Source of the DNA: a virus
Taxonomy: Duplodnaviria; Caudoviricetes
Reading direction: 5' to 3' (one strand)
DNA length: 64,000 nucleotides
IMG/VR virus record: IMGVR_UViG_2744054452_000001
Span: 1-64,000 of that record
The first letter of the stretch is position 1; every line of letters begins with the position of its first letter. The notes under the pieces are model-generated. The model saw only the letters and a program-made list of their open reading frames with translations, was not told the origin of the DNA and searched no databases. Below are positions 10,362 through 19,819 of this stretch, piece after piece. The position numbers and the translations under genes were made by a program.

Positions 10362-10645
10362 CCGGAAAACTGTGGCCAGCTACGCCGGCCGACATTCAGA
10401 AACTTCACACCGAAGGTCTGCCCATGCCTCCCTGGGAGGTCATCGAGGTGCCTCACCAAATCGGAGCGGCCCAGAAGATAAAAGAGATCCTGCCCCCTCT
10501 GCCTCTTCGGGAACCAAGGCACTACTTCTACATGGGGCCGGAGGGCGAGGTGGTGTTGCTTATCGGGCTTCGTGAGTCTGACGGCTCCTACACCTGCCGA
10601 GCCATACCCGTCATCAATCCAGAGCTGGCCAACCTCATTGAGTGA
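10358..10645 (+). CDS. hypothetical protein
   Basis: AAGGA RBS, ATG 10358, terminator follows. Confidence 0.6.
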   Translation: MTGKLWPATPADIQKLHTEGLPMPPWEVIEVPHQIGAAQKIKEILPPLPLREPRHYFYMGPEGEVVLLIGLRESDGSYTCRAIPVINPELANLIE

Positions 10646-10658
10646 CGCCTGGCCAAAG

Positions 10659-10683
10659 AAAAGCCCGCATCAGCGGGCTTTTT
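10659..10683. terminator. bidirectional intrinsic terminator
   Basis: AAAAGCCCGC-ATCA-GCGGGCTTTTT between convergent genes. Confidence 0.85.
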
Positions 10684-10723
10684 CATGACGGCTCAATTTC
10701 GCTAGAGCTTTACTTTGTGGGGC

Positions 10724-11608
10724 TCAGCTCAGCTTTAGAGATTTTGGTGCCTGTTTTGACGTTGACGGCGCCTGATCTTGATCGGCCTGGTGTCGCTCGC
10801 GTAACCTCCGAACCGTGGTGTTTGAGTTGGGCGGTATCACAAAGACATGCGGCGTGCCCTGCCATTCACCGACGAGCGGGTGGTATTCATAAAGAGGAAC
10901 GTGGGGAGTGGCGGTCATGGCGACCTTCGCTTCCTTTGGGTCGCCAATTATGAAGGTCTCCATCCCATTGGGGACAGTCAGAGACATAACAATCCCGTAA
11001 GCGTCAGGCGCGGCCTTGCTGTCCATGTGGTATTCGACGTGCCCCAATTTTCCGGGAGCTATTGAACCCACTACTGCGTGTGCCTCGTCTTCCAAAATCA
11101 CGCCAAGCTGCGCACGCTGCGCACGCTGATGTGCGCGAAGCTCCTGCAACCATTCGCCAATCTCCACGTCTACCTCCTTGGGAGGCACACCAGGGTTCTC
11201 AGGGTTCAGCATTGCTGTCAGCTCTGGGAACTTGTTCAGGATGGTGAAAAGGTGAACCAGTGCGGTGGGTGGCGTAGCCTGGCTGCGCTCGTAGCGCGAA
11301 AAAGCGTTCGGACCACCGCCGAAAAACTTCGCGGCTTCCGCCTGGTTCATCCCTAACTTGGCACGAGTGCTCTTCAATAGATCGGGCACAACCCCGTCAT
11401 CGAGTGCCGCATTTACTCGCTCCCTTTGGAGCCTCAATGCTTCTGAATAGATAGCACTGTTCTCTTTATCCATGACGACTTCACCGCATGCATTGCAGCT
11501 TGTGGCAGTCACGTCAACGGAAATCGTATCGCCCTTGTAGGTGCGGGTCAGCGCCATTTTCCCGTGCACAGTATCGGCACTGCCGCACACTTCGCAATGG
11601 TTTGTCAT
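10724..11608 (-). CDS. mqsA: MqsA antitoxin with about 155-aa C-terminal extension
   Basis: CxxC...CxxC Zn ribbon, HTH QAEAAKFFGGGPNAFSRYE, then an extra domain. Confidence 0.9.
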   Translation of the reverse strand: MTNHCEVCGSADTVHGKMALTRTYKGDTISVDVTATSCNACGEVVMDKENSAIYSEALRLQRERVNAALDDGVVPDLLKSTRAKLGMNQAEAAKFFGGGPNAFSRYERSQATPPTALVHLFTILNKFPELTAMLNPENPGVPPKEVDVEIGEWLQELRAHQRAQRAQLGVILEDEAHAVVGSIAPGKLGHVEYHMDSKAAPDAYGIVMSLTVPNGMETFIIGDPKEAKVAMTATPHVPLYEYHPLVGEWQGTPHVFVIPPNSNTTVRRLRERHQADQDQAPSTSKQAPKSLKLS

Positions 11609-11910
11609 GGTTGCCTTTCCTTAAACGAAACGACGAGACAGTCTTCCTGGACGATGACCTTTAGGTACAGCTCACCGGCGGTTGGATGAATCGGCGTGTA
11701 GACCTCATGCCATATCTTGTGGTCGGCGTGTGAGGTCATGCGCTTGTAAAAATCCTCTCTTGTTAGGTTGAGAATCGCATCGTAAATATCCTCAACTCCC
11801 AGCCCCAAGTCGTGTGCGCCATTGATGGCGCTTTGGGTGACTCGGACTTTGTCTTCCTTCACGAGCGCCTTTACTCTTTCGAGTGGTGTCTTCGGGCGGT
11901 GGTGCTCCAT
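11605..11910 (-). CDS. mqsR: MqsR mRNA interferase toxin
   Basis: DFYKRMTSHADHKIWHEVY...LYLKVIV...VVSFKE. Confidence 0.93.
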   Translation of the reverse strand: MEHHRPKTPLERVKALVKEDKVRVTQSAINGAHDLGLGVEDIYDAILNLTREDFYKRMTSHADHKIWHEVYTPIHPTAGELYLKVIVQEDCLVVSFKERQP

Positions 11911-11921
11911 CTTGAGGGCAG

Positions 11922-11940
11922 TTTAACCTAATAGGTTAAA
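11922..11940. promoter_or_regulatory. MqsA operator
   Basis: Perfect palindrome TTTAACCTA-A-TAGGTTAAA matching the MqsA TAACCT-N3-AGGTTA site, 11 bp upstream of mqsR. Confidence 0.85.
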
Positions 11941-11965
11941 TTTCTCATAGAGGCGTTTCCTCAGA

Positions 11966-11985
11966 TCACGTAAGTTACATTAAAT
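11966..11985. repeat. 20-bp direct repeat, copy 1 (TCACGTAAGTTACATTAAAT)
   Basis: Identical to 22136-22155. Confidence 0.85.
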
Positions 11986-12091
11986 AGGCTGCTCCATTTA
12001 TCTTAATCAGGACGCCACTTTTCATTGGCGTCTTCTACTTACGATAAGCATCCCTTATCGTTAGTAATCCTAGAGGGGTTATTCAGGCATG

Positions 12092-12116
12092 AAAAAGCCC
12101 GCTCAACGGCGGGCTT
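12092..12116 (-). terminator. intrinsic terminator
   Basis: AAGCCCGC-CGTTGA-GCGGGCTTTTT on the minus strand. Confidence 0.8.
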
Positions 12117-12135
12117 GTGGTATAGGGCAGGGTGC

Positions 12136-12492
12136 TCAGTCCGTGACAAGCGGCTCAATACCGAAACTTCTCTCCGTTCCAGGGATAAGCGTGCCAATAG
12201 ACAAATTGGCGCCCTTGGCACGCAAGGCACGCGCAGCATCGACGGCCTCTGAAATGGCCTGGTAGTCACCACGCCATGTTGGTCGATCCCAGCAGCCGCC
12301 ATCCAGGCAGTACACGGTATAGGTCTGCATGTTCGTCACGACATAAGGCTGCAGCCAGAAGACCATGTGAGTGAATGGTCGTTCCTCATTCGCGGTCTCG
12401 TGGAACCCATGGGGCAGTACCGGGTCGATAAAGATCCCGCGCAGACAGTCCTGTGCCTGAATCTGATGGGCGGCAATGAAGTAGGTTTTCAT
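12136..12492 (-). CDS. hypothetical protein
   Basis: 118-aa ORF in the operon; YCLDGGCWDRPTWRG motif. Confidence 0.65.
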   Translation of the reverse strand: MKTYFIAAHQIQAQDCLRGIFIDPVLPHGFHETANEERPFTHMVFWLQPYVVTNMQTYTVYCLDGGCWDRPTWRGDYQAISEAVDAARALRAKGANLSIGTLIPGTERSFGIEPLVTD

Positions 12493-12503
12493 GGGTCGTG
12501 GTG

Positions 12504-13148
12504 CTACAGGGCTTGCAGTTCATCGAGCAGACGCCGAACGTGGCGCGCGTCGGCACGCGGGGAGATCATCACCATATCAGCAAACCCCGCGACGATGCTG
12601 GGCCAGTTCTTCCCGAATGCCATTTCGGCATCATGCTGCAGGCTGAAAAGGGGCTGGGCTGTTGCGCCCTCCCACTCCCAGAACACATAGGGCAGCTTCG
12701 CGTGGCGGTGGTTGGCTCGCTCGCGCATGAGCATCTGCACGCTCGGGGATATGGGCAGCTTGTCTTGGTCATGCCAGGTCAGTCCAACAATGTCGTCGGG
12801 CAGCAGGTGCGATTCAAGGCACAGCAAGATGGCGTTCTGCCTGACCTCGGTGAGCTGGCCCATTGCGTCGATGAAGTCGTCCACGGTGAAGCGAGGATCT
12901 GGCGGCCGGTGAGCGACCAGAGCCAGGTCGGATACCTGCAGCTTGGACAGGTTGGCCATGAGCGCCTTCTGCGCCAGGCTGATCAGTTCAAGCGCCTGGT
13001 CGAACTGGTCTGTCATCTTTGCGCGCATGTAGAAAGCCTCCACACGCAGCGGCGTCATTTCGGAAAGTTGGAGTGTCCAGAATGGGTCATTTGCTAGGGG
13101 CGAATGGCTAAGCGACGCGCTAAAGCCTTCTACGTCTTGAATACGCAT
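12504..13148 (-). CDS. hypothetical protein, possibly a degenerate tyrosine-recombinase fold
   Basis: GGAGG RBS before ATG 13148; AILLCLESHLLPDDIVGLTWHD resembles box I without the catalytic Arg. Confidence 0.6.
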   Translation of the reverse strand: MRIQDVEGFSASLSHSPLANDPFWTLQLSEMTPLRVEAFYMRAKMTDQFDQALELISLAQKALMANLSKLQVSDLALVAHRPPDPRFTVDDFIDAMGQLTEVRQNAILLCLESHLLPDDIVGLTWHDQDKLPISPSVQMLMRERANHRHAKLPYVFWEWEGATAQPLFSLQHDAEMAFGKNWPSIVAGFADMVMISPRADARHVRRLLDELQAL

Positions 13149-13213
13149 AAAAAAGCCTCCCGTTAAGGAGGCCATTGTATGGGTCGCGTGGACGACACCC
13201 CTGTTATTCACAG

Positions 13214-13438
13214 TCAGCTGGCTTGAGTTGCCTGTGCTGCTGGAGTGGACAGGTAAGTCATTGCCTGGCAGTAGTCGAGCATGTCGAATAGCGGAACCTG
13301 GGTGCCTAGGGCGTTGAGCATGTAGACCTCGCCCATGTGAGGGACGTAGCGCCAGGGTGCAGGGTGCTGCACGAGCAGCTGTCGGAGCTTCTCGCTGTGC
13401 GCCTTGGTCATTTGCTCTGCTGTTGCTGTATCGGTCAT
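13214..13438 (-). CDS. hypothetical protein
   Basis: ATGA-coupled start at 13438 (MTDTATAEQ). Confidence 0.6.
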   Translation of the reverse strand: MTDTATAEQMTKAHSEKLRQLLVQHPAPWRYVPHMGEVYMLNALGTQVPLFDMLDYCQAMTYLSTPAAQATQAS

Positions 13439-13758
13439 TTCATTGAACAGTGACGTTTGAAATTCTGGCGTGCCAGGATGTGATTGGTAGCCCGCTTGAT
13501 AGCGCGCATCTGCTGTAGGTGCCGGTAGGCGGATTCTTCGATGGTCAGGGCAATGGCTTTCTTGGCGTTGGCCACCAGCTCGTCCAGGTCGAACTCTTCC
13601 TTCCAGCAATCGTCGTCTTCTGCAAGGTTCAGCGGGTTGCCCGGGTGGCAGCAGCTGTTGCACGGTGGGCTGATATGGCAGCTGCAGTTGCCCGAGCTCC
13701 CATACTCTTCAACGAACTGGCTTCGCAGAGCTTCCCCGAGATCGTTCAGGACTCTCAT
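13435..13758 (-). CDS. hypothetical Cys-rich protein
   Basis: CSCHISPPCNSCCHP motif; coupled to the ligase gene. Confidence 0.65.
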   Translation of the reverse strand: MRVLNDLGEALRSQFVEEYGSSGNCSCHISPPCNSCCHPGNPLNLAEDDDCWKEEFDLDELVANAKKAIALTIEESAYRHLQQMRAIKRATNHILARQNFKRHCSMK

Positions 13759-15131
13759 GCTTCGACTGCTGCCTTCTTTGTGGCCTCGATCTTGGCCAGG
13801 TCGTCGGCTTCGCTCTTGTCCAGGCGACGCTCGACAAAGCGAGGCAGGAAGAGGGATTTGATGTTGTCGGTTTCGCGGTCGATCACATCATTGGCACGCA
13901 CGGTAATGATTGCGCCCGTCCACTCTTCGCGGCTGTTGTGGATCTCAGCACGCAGGGCGTCGGTGAAGCCGGACACATCGACCAGCAGCAGCCCGTCAGA
14001 GGACTTGCACTTGAGGGAGCCGAAGGTCGCTTCTGTCTTGGTGCCAGGGGTGCCAGGCTCGAAACCATAGACCTCCAGCTCGACCTCAAATTCCAGCTTG
14101 AGCTTGACCTGGTCTTTGCTGGTGCCGTCCTTCCAGACAGTGGCGGGGCTCTTGCAGATCACGCCCTCCATGCCTTGAGCCAGGTAGCCCTTGTAGAGGG
14201 CGAATGCCTCGGCGCGCGAGCGAACAACCTTTGTGTCGATCAGGCGCAGCAGCTTCGTGTCCTCCTGAGAGACCTTGAGCTGACGCAGCAGCGAGCTCAG
14301 GCGCTCTTTGTAGGGTGTCTCGTACTTGCCCTTGGGCACCACTGCGGAGAGCGGAATCTGATCCCAGAGGTCTGCCACGATGGTGTATTCGGCACCCAGC
14401 TTTTCGCCGTCGCTGATGACGCTGTTGAGCAGTCCATTGCCTTCCTTGCGGGACAGCAGCTGGCCGTTGCGATAGACGGTCAGCTCGCCATGGGATTGCG
14501 TGTTGTTGGCCAGCAGCTTCACCGCCTGGTCTGCCAGCGCCTGCATCTGGGGTGTCTCGATGGGCAGGGGCGTGCCGGAGCGGGTGGTGAACCAGACCTC
14601 ACCGTCTAGGCCACGGGTGATGTTGTTGAACATGCCATCAGCCTTGAGCTGCACGATCACGCCGTCTGCCCAATCCCACTTGCCCATGTTGGAGTCCGGC
14701 TCCAGGCTGCAGCGCATGTAGGGGAAGGTCTTGATAGCGCCCTTCTCAGCCTTGTTGATGGTGTTCTCGCTGAAACCCGCGCGCAGGTCACGCAGCAGCA
14801 CGCGCTTGAAGAGTTCGCGGCTGCTGTCGGGCATGACGGTCAGAATCGCGGCCACGGAGTCGATGGCGGCCGTGCCCGTCAGTTCGCGGCTGGCCAGCCG
14901 GTCGATGGTCTCCCAAACCATCGGGCTGTCCATGTCCAGCGAGTAGGTGTCCATGGGGGTGAACGGCGGGATCTTGGCGATGCCGTATGTCTTGAACGGG
15001 TCGTATGCGGCCAGACAGATGCGGCGCAGGGTGGGGCAGTCGGCAAAGCCCTTTTTCAGCAGCTCGATCTTCTCGTTTTTCGACGCGGTCGATGCGATGG
15101 ATTCCAGGATGGTGAATGCTTGATTGGACAC
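13755..15131 (-). CDS. ATP-dependent DNA ligase
   Basis: Motif I LKADG, EGVICK, VKLK, SLFLPRFVERRLDK; GTG start at 15131. Confidence 0.93.
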   Translation of the reverse strand: MSNQAFTILESIASTASKNEKIELLKKGFADCPTLRRICLAAYDPFKTYGIAKIPPFTPMDTYSLDMDSPMVWETIDRLASRELTGTAAIDSVAAILTVMPDSSRELFKRVLLRDLRAGFSENTINKAEKGAIKTFPYMRCSLEPDSNMGKWDWADGVIVQLKADGMFNNITRGLDGEVWFTTRSGTPLPIETPQMQALADQAVKLLANNTQSHGELTVYRNGQLLSRKEGNGLLNSVISDGEKLGAEYTIVADLWDQIPLSAVVPKGKYETPYKERLSSLLRQLKVSQEDTKLLRLIDTKVVRSRAEAFALYKGYLAQGMEGVICKSPATVWKDGTSKDQVKLKLEFEVELEVYGFEPGTPGTKTEATFGSLKCKSSDGLLLVDVSGFTDALRAEIHNSREEWTGAIITVRANDVIDRETDNIKSLFLPRFVERRLDKSEADDLAKIEATKKAAVEA

Positions 15132-15162
15132 GGTGGTTCTCTCTTGATGAGTGGTGAATGAA

Positions 15163-15783
15163 TTACGCGGGTGCGGTCGTGGCAGCTGCGCGCAAGCGAG
15201 CAATGAAGTCGAGCGGGCTTTCGCCAGGCAGCGGTGTGACTGCCACTTGCGGCTTGAGGGGCGCTGCAGCAGCTGGTGCGGGCGACGGGGTGGCTGAACC
15301 GGCAGATGCCCTGGCGCCCTCGATCGCGGGCTTGGGCGTGGTCTTGTGTGCTGCAGCAGCTTTGCTGACCGCCTCTGCATAGCTAGAGCCGGCGGCCGCG
15401 GCCGTCAGGGAGTCCTCAAAGCTCAGGGACTTGCTGGTGTCGCGCGACTTGAGCACCGTCAGGGTCATTTCGCCCTTGCGCATTCCTGCATCTGCGTGGA
15501 AGGTGAACGCGGCATCTGCCACCTTGATCTGCTCACGAGGCACGAAGTAGAGGGCATGGCCAGCAACCTTTTCCTCGTGGCGCATGTGCAGGGCTCGGCA
15601 CGATGCATTGCGCGAAGCGTCGCGGCATGCAGACCAGTCGGCGGGCGCAGGCTTGCTGCTGTCGATCACCTGCAGGCGGTTCAGACACGCGCAGTACGCG
15701 ACAGACTGCGACTGCACCTTGCACGGGACGTAGAAGGCGTTGCGCCCCGATGCGCTGTCCTCAAGCGTATGTAAGTTACTCAT
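15163..15783 (-). CDS. hypothetical protein
   Basis: ATG 15783 overlapped by an 18-bp palindrome; Cys-rich N-terminus, Ala/Pro-rich C-terminus. Confidence 0.65.
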   Translation of the reverse strand: MSNLHTLEDSASGRNAFYVPCKVQSQSVAYCACLNRLQVIDSSKPAPADWSACRDASRNASCRALHMRHEEKVAGHALYFVPREQIKVADAAFTFHADAGMRKGEMTLTVLKSRDTSKSLSFEDSLTAAAAGSSYAEAVSKAAAAHKTTPKPAIEGARASAGSATPSPAPAAAAPLKPQVAVTPLPGESPLDFIARLRAAATTAPA

Positions 15784-15833
15784 TTCTGACTTATGTTTGT
15801 TTCGATGATTGAAGTATCGAGCTGCGCTTTTGG

Positions 15834-16343
15834 CTACCACGTACCCGCGAACGGGTTCTCGCTGATAGAGGTGGCAATTGCGGATCGTGACTTGACCAGC
15901 TCCTTCTCATAAGCTGGGTCGTTTACCTTGGCCATGGAGCTGAGAATGGCGGATACGCCGCCCGGGTTGGTCAGGCCCATTCCTTTTTGCTCAGACGGGG
16001 TCGAGAGCTCAAGGCCATGGCGCTTGAGCATGACTAGCATTTCTGATTCGGAGTTGGCATCAGCAACGATCCAGGCCTCGCGGTCTGACTGGTAGCCGCT
16101 CTTTTGCTTTTCGCGGATCAGCTGATCGACGGTCTTTTCAAGGCCATAGACCTTTCGCGTCGCGCCGCCGGAAATCTTGCCGGCAGCCGCACGCTTCCCA
16201 ACGGGGCCATAGATGCCCAGGACATAGGTGTTGCCTGTCTCGTTATTCGTGACGGACACGACCTCATAGAACTTCGTGCCAAGCGAGTGCTTGCCGCTGA
16301 AATTGACTCGCGCGGTGAACTTGAATGTGGTGGCGGTGGACAT
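15834..16343 (-). CDS. WGR-like domain protein
   Basis: KFYEV...IYGPVGKR...IREKQKSGY resembles a WGR domain. Confidence 0.55.
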   Translation of the reverse strand: MSTATTFKFTARVNFSGKHSLGTKFYEVVSVTNNETGNTYVLGIYGPVGKRAAAGKISGGATRKVYGLEKTVDQLIREKQKSGYQSDREAWIVADANSESEMLVMLKRHGLELSTPSEQKGMGLTNPGGVSAILSSMAKVNDPAYEKELVKSRSAIATSISENPFAGTW

Positions 16344-16852
16344 TACCAAGCTCCCCAGCCTGCTGGCTTGAAGTGATGCTCGACCGAGCGGGCCGGCACA
16401 GCATCGGCAGGAATGTCCTCGCCAGGCAAGACAGCTGTTCCGTCTGTGCGCTTCATGTACACGAGGTTTGCCGTTGCTGCGCGGTGATACGCAGTAGCCT
16501 TGATGCGCCCGAACTCACGCTCAAGCCGATCAAGAAGTGCGTCCGAGTCCATCGTTTGGCTGATCGAATTGCCCTCCTGTTTGTGGCCACGCTTGAGGTG
16601 CATGTGGCGACGGCGGGTGCATTGATCTGCAGTCTGGTCAGGATGCAGCGAAAGGGCGCCACCGTGCAGTCGGTAGCTCACATCGGCGGCACTATCAATG
16701 AGTGCCGGCATCAGCCCCTTGTGGACGATCACGCAGATGGTTTCTGCACAGCGCTCACTGTCATTCTGGATCTCGTAGTTGACGACGAATTCTTCCTTGT
16801 CTGTCTCGGAATTGAGGTAAGTCCAGCTGGTGCGTTTGAACGTGAATTTCAT
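16343..16852 (-). CDS. hypothetical protein
   Basis: 169-aa ORF, tightly packed. Confidence 0.6.
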   Translation of the reverse strand: MKFTFKRTSWTYLNSETDKEEFVVNYEIQNDSERCAETICVIVHKGLMPALIDSAADVSYRLHGGALSLHPDQTADQCTRRRHMHLKRGHKQEGNSISQTMDSDALLDRLEREFGRIKATAYHRAATANLVYMKRTDGTAVLPGEDIPADAVPARSVEHHFKPAGWGAW

Positions 16853-16853
16853 A

Positions 16854-17963
16854 TTAGTTGCGCATGCGTGCTGCTTGAAGCGTCAGAAGAATCATTGATT
16901 TTTTGCTGACTGGTGTGGCGCGAAAGATGGCGTCGAGCACCATGCTTGGTGGCGTGATGACGTTGCCCGGGCCTTGGGCCGGGTCGTAGTCGGCCGGCAG
17001 CAGCGCAATGGAGACTTCCAGCCCTATTCCGATCAGCAGCTTTGACGCCTCGATCGCCTTGAGCAGTGCCTTGCCTTCGCCGTCCCACATAAAGGTCACA
17101 TGCTTGAGGCCGCGCCTGCGCATCTGGTCGAACTTTGCAACCTGGCCAGCCTCACCTGCGGAAAGGTGCATGCCGAATGTGGCCAGGGCGATCATGTAGT
17201 TCAGCCCTGTCGCCCCGAGCAATGCTTGCCGAATAGCGATAGCGTCGAATGCCCCCTCCCCCACCACCGCGTGGGTATGGATGCCCTCAATGAACGTGTT
17301 CGCGTTGTAGAGGTGCGATCCCGCGACCGCAAAGCCTGCAGGGAAGAGGTACTTGGGCTCACGAGTGCCGGATATGTCGCGGCCCTGGTAGCTCACTAGG
17401 GTGCCCGCCATGTCCCTGATGGGAATGAGCACGCGCTGGTCGAAGGACACATACTTCTCGCCGCCGTCACTGGTCTTGTACGTGTACCAGCCGCCATGAC
17501 AGTACGACAGCTCGAAGTGAACCAGGCTGTCCAGCGTCACGCCGCGGGCCTGCAGGTAGGCCAGGTTCTGCCCCTCGATTGGCAAAGGGATGCACTTGCT
17601 GGGCATGGACAGGTGGTCGGCAGGCTTGTATATCTCCCGCACAGGCTTAGCGGGTGCCCAGCCGGCGTCGGCCGCCAGGTCGATCAGGTAGTTGTCCAGG
17701 GCGTCACCATGGAGGCCGGAGATCAGGCGCACCAGCTTGAACTTGTTGAACTTTTCGCCGCAGGCTCCATGAAAACAGTTGCCGAGGCCCGTGCCTGCAT
17801 TGACGTACACCTTGCGGCCGCCCTCACCACACGCGGGGCATGTCTCCACGTTCAGCTGCATGCCGTTGGTGCCGTAGCTCTGTGTGTAGTCGATGCCTTC
17901 GCGGTCGAAATACTGCTCAATGTCGATCTTCTCAAGGCAGCGGGATAGGTCTTTTGAATCCAT
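16854..17963 (-). CDS. DNA primase (Zn finger + TOPRIM)
   Basis: CPAC...CFHGAC, YQGR, PKYLFP, EGAFDA, MWDGE, DYDP. Confidence 0.9.
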   Translation of the reverse strand: MDSKDLSRCLEKIDIEQYFDREGIDYTQSYGTNGMQLNVETCPACGEGGRKVYVNAGTGLGNCFHGACGEKFNKFKLVRLISGLHGDALDNYLIDLAADAGWAPAKPVREIYKPADHLSMPSKCIPLPIEGQNLAYLQARGVTLDSLVHFELSYCHGGWYTYKTSDGGEKYVSFDQRVLIPIRDMAGTLVSYQGRDISGTREPKYLFPAGFAVAGSHLYNANTFIEGIHTHAVVGEGAFDAIAIRQALLGATGLNYMIALATFGMHLSAGEAGQVAKFDQMRRRGLKHVTFMWDGEGKALLKAIEASKLLIGIGLEVSIALLPADYDPAQGPGNVITPPSMVLDAIFRATPVSKKSMILLTLQAARMRN

Positions 17964-18274
17964 TACTGCACCTCGGGATATGCAGGCTCGGTTCCAGTGA
18001 ATGAGTTGACCTCGCGCTTCAAGCGCAGGACTTCTTCCTCTAACTCCTTGATGCGCTCGCCGTTGTAGGTCGTGTCCAGCACCAGTTCATCATTGAGATA
18101 GACATGGGCACCAATCACATCGCCCATTTCCACCTCATGCGCGCACTGGTGACACAGGCACTGGCGTCCAGCCTGATCGCACTCTGCGAGCTCTGCTGCT
18201 TCCTGGGGACTATTGGCCTTGTATGCGCCGCTGTTGCTGGCGTCATAGATGACGGTTACGTCGTACTTGTTCAT
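17963..18274 (-). CDS. hypothetical protein
   Basis: 103-aa ORF with LCHQCA, coupled to the primase gene. Confidence 0.65.
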   Translation of the reverse strand: MNKYDVTVIYDASNSGAYKANSPQEAAELAECDQAGRQCLCHQCAHEVEMGDVIGAHVYLNDELVLDTTYNGERIKELEEEVLRLKREVNSFTGTEPAYPEVQ

Positions 18275-18382
18275 TTGTGTTGGGTAAAAAAAAGGGGGCT
18301 AGACCGTGATGATCTGCCCCTGTCTATGGACAATTAAACCCAAAACCAGCCCCTAAGAGACTCAGTTCTGACTTAGATTGTA

Positions 18383-19819
18383 TCAGGCTTCACCGATAAC
18401 TTCAACGAGGAACTTTGCCCGTTCAATGTCCTGCTTGATGCTCAGCGTGACGCCGGTGCGCTGGTTGCGCGAGGCGGCAAAGTGCAAGCGTGCGTTGTTG
18501 GCAGCTCGCTCTTCTTCTGTCACGTTGATGGAGATCACCACGTCAGCAATGCGGATCTTGTTGAAGTCTTCGGCAACGTCTGTAGCGCCGGCAACGGCCT
18601 TCTTTGCACCCTCACGATTGGTCTGGGTGGCGGTCAGCAGCGCAAAGCCCTCGGACATGGCCATACCGCGCAGATCCACATAGATCGTGCGGCTGTTTTC
18701 CTGCACGTTGTCGGTGCGGTACTCGGGCGCCATCAGGTCGGCATAGTCAACGACAACGAGGTCGAAGATGATGCCTTGCTGCTTGTAGCGCTCGATCAGG
18801 CGGCGCAGATCGCTAACCTTCATCGAGCCTGTCGGGAACTCGTGTAGGGTCAGGCTAGACAGCTTCGCCAGGCGCTCCTTCACGCGAATCGAGACCTGCT
18901 CGGACTTCGCGTCCAACTCATACATCGGTGTGTCTGAGAGGTTCGCGTCCATGCGGTCAGCGATGATGCCGTTTGCAACCTCAAGGGTGATGTAGAGCAC
19001 CCGGAAGCCAGCATCGGCGGCATTGATCGCAAAGTTAATCATGGCCATGGACTTGCCAGACTTGGCAGCGCCCATGAGCAGCGACATTTCTTTGCGCCCC
19101 CAGCCCTTGTGATACAGGTAGGCGTCGAGCTCTGGATAGCCCGTAGTGATGCCGTTGGGCGCGATGGCACCGCTTGCACGCAAGGCGCGCTCTTTGGTGC
19201 GTGCCTCCAGCATGTCGGCGTAGCTATAGCCCTCCGCACCGTGCGCTACGCCCACCTCAAGGGCGGCACGCATGATCTTTGCGATGCGTTCAAAGTCGCC
19301 CTTGTCAACGAGCTCGGCAGCTTCCAGCACCGCATTCGTGACGGCCTGCTTTTGGGCAAACATGCCCACCTTCTCGGCAACATAGTCTCGATCGGACAGG
19401 TCAACCGAGGGCAAGCGGGTTCGCACGAACTCGATGACCTGGCGGGCAACATCGGGAATGAGCGCCTTCTCAAGCAGCGCGTCCTTGATCGCTGAATTCA
19501 GCGTGACCAGGCTGGGCGCTTCCTTGTACTTGTTGAAGTGACGCTGGGCGATCTTGACCAGGCCGGCATGCGCGGGCTTTTCAAAATACTCAGGGCGCAC
19601 CAGCCCATCCGTCAGCTGGCAGAACTTGGTGTCCCGCGTGAGCATCGCCGCGATCTTCTCTTGGAAGTCGAGGTCGAATTCATAGTGTGCCTCTGCGGGC
19701 GATGATGGGGCTGGCGCTGGTGCAGTTGCGGAGATAGCCGCGACCGCCACCGGTGTCATTCCAGGCAGAGTTGCTGGGTCTGCCACCACCACGCAGGCAG
19801 ATCCATCGTAGCCATCCAT
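18383..19819 (-). CDS. DnaB/gp41-like SF4 replicative helicase
   Basis: GITTGYPELD, GAAKSGKS, YITLE, VVDYAD, TATQTNR. Confidence 0.93.
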   Translation of the reverse strand: MDGYDGSACVVVADPATLPGMTPVAVAAISATAPAPAPSSPAEAHYEFDLDFQEKIAAMLTRDTKFCQLTDGLVRPEYFEKPAHAGLVKIAQRHFNKYKEAPSLVTLNSAIKDALLEKALIPDVARQVIEFVRTRLPSVDLSDRDYVAEKVGMFAQKQAVTNAVLEAAELVDKGDFERIAKIMRAALEVGVAHGAEGYSYADMLEARTKERALRASGAIAPNGITTGYPELDAYLYHKGWGRKEMSLLMGAAKSGKSMAMINFAINAADAGFRVLYITLEVANGIIADRMDANLSDTPMYELDAKSEQVSIRVKERLAKLSSLTLHEFPTGSMKVSDLRRLIERYKQQGIIFDLVVVDYADLMAPEYRTDNVQENSRTIYVDLRGMAMSEGFALLTATQTNREGAKKAVAGATDVAEDFNKIRIADVVISINVTEEERAANNARLHFAASRNQRTGVTLSIKQDIERAKFLVEVIGEA

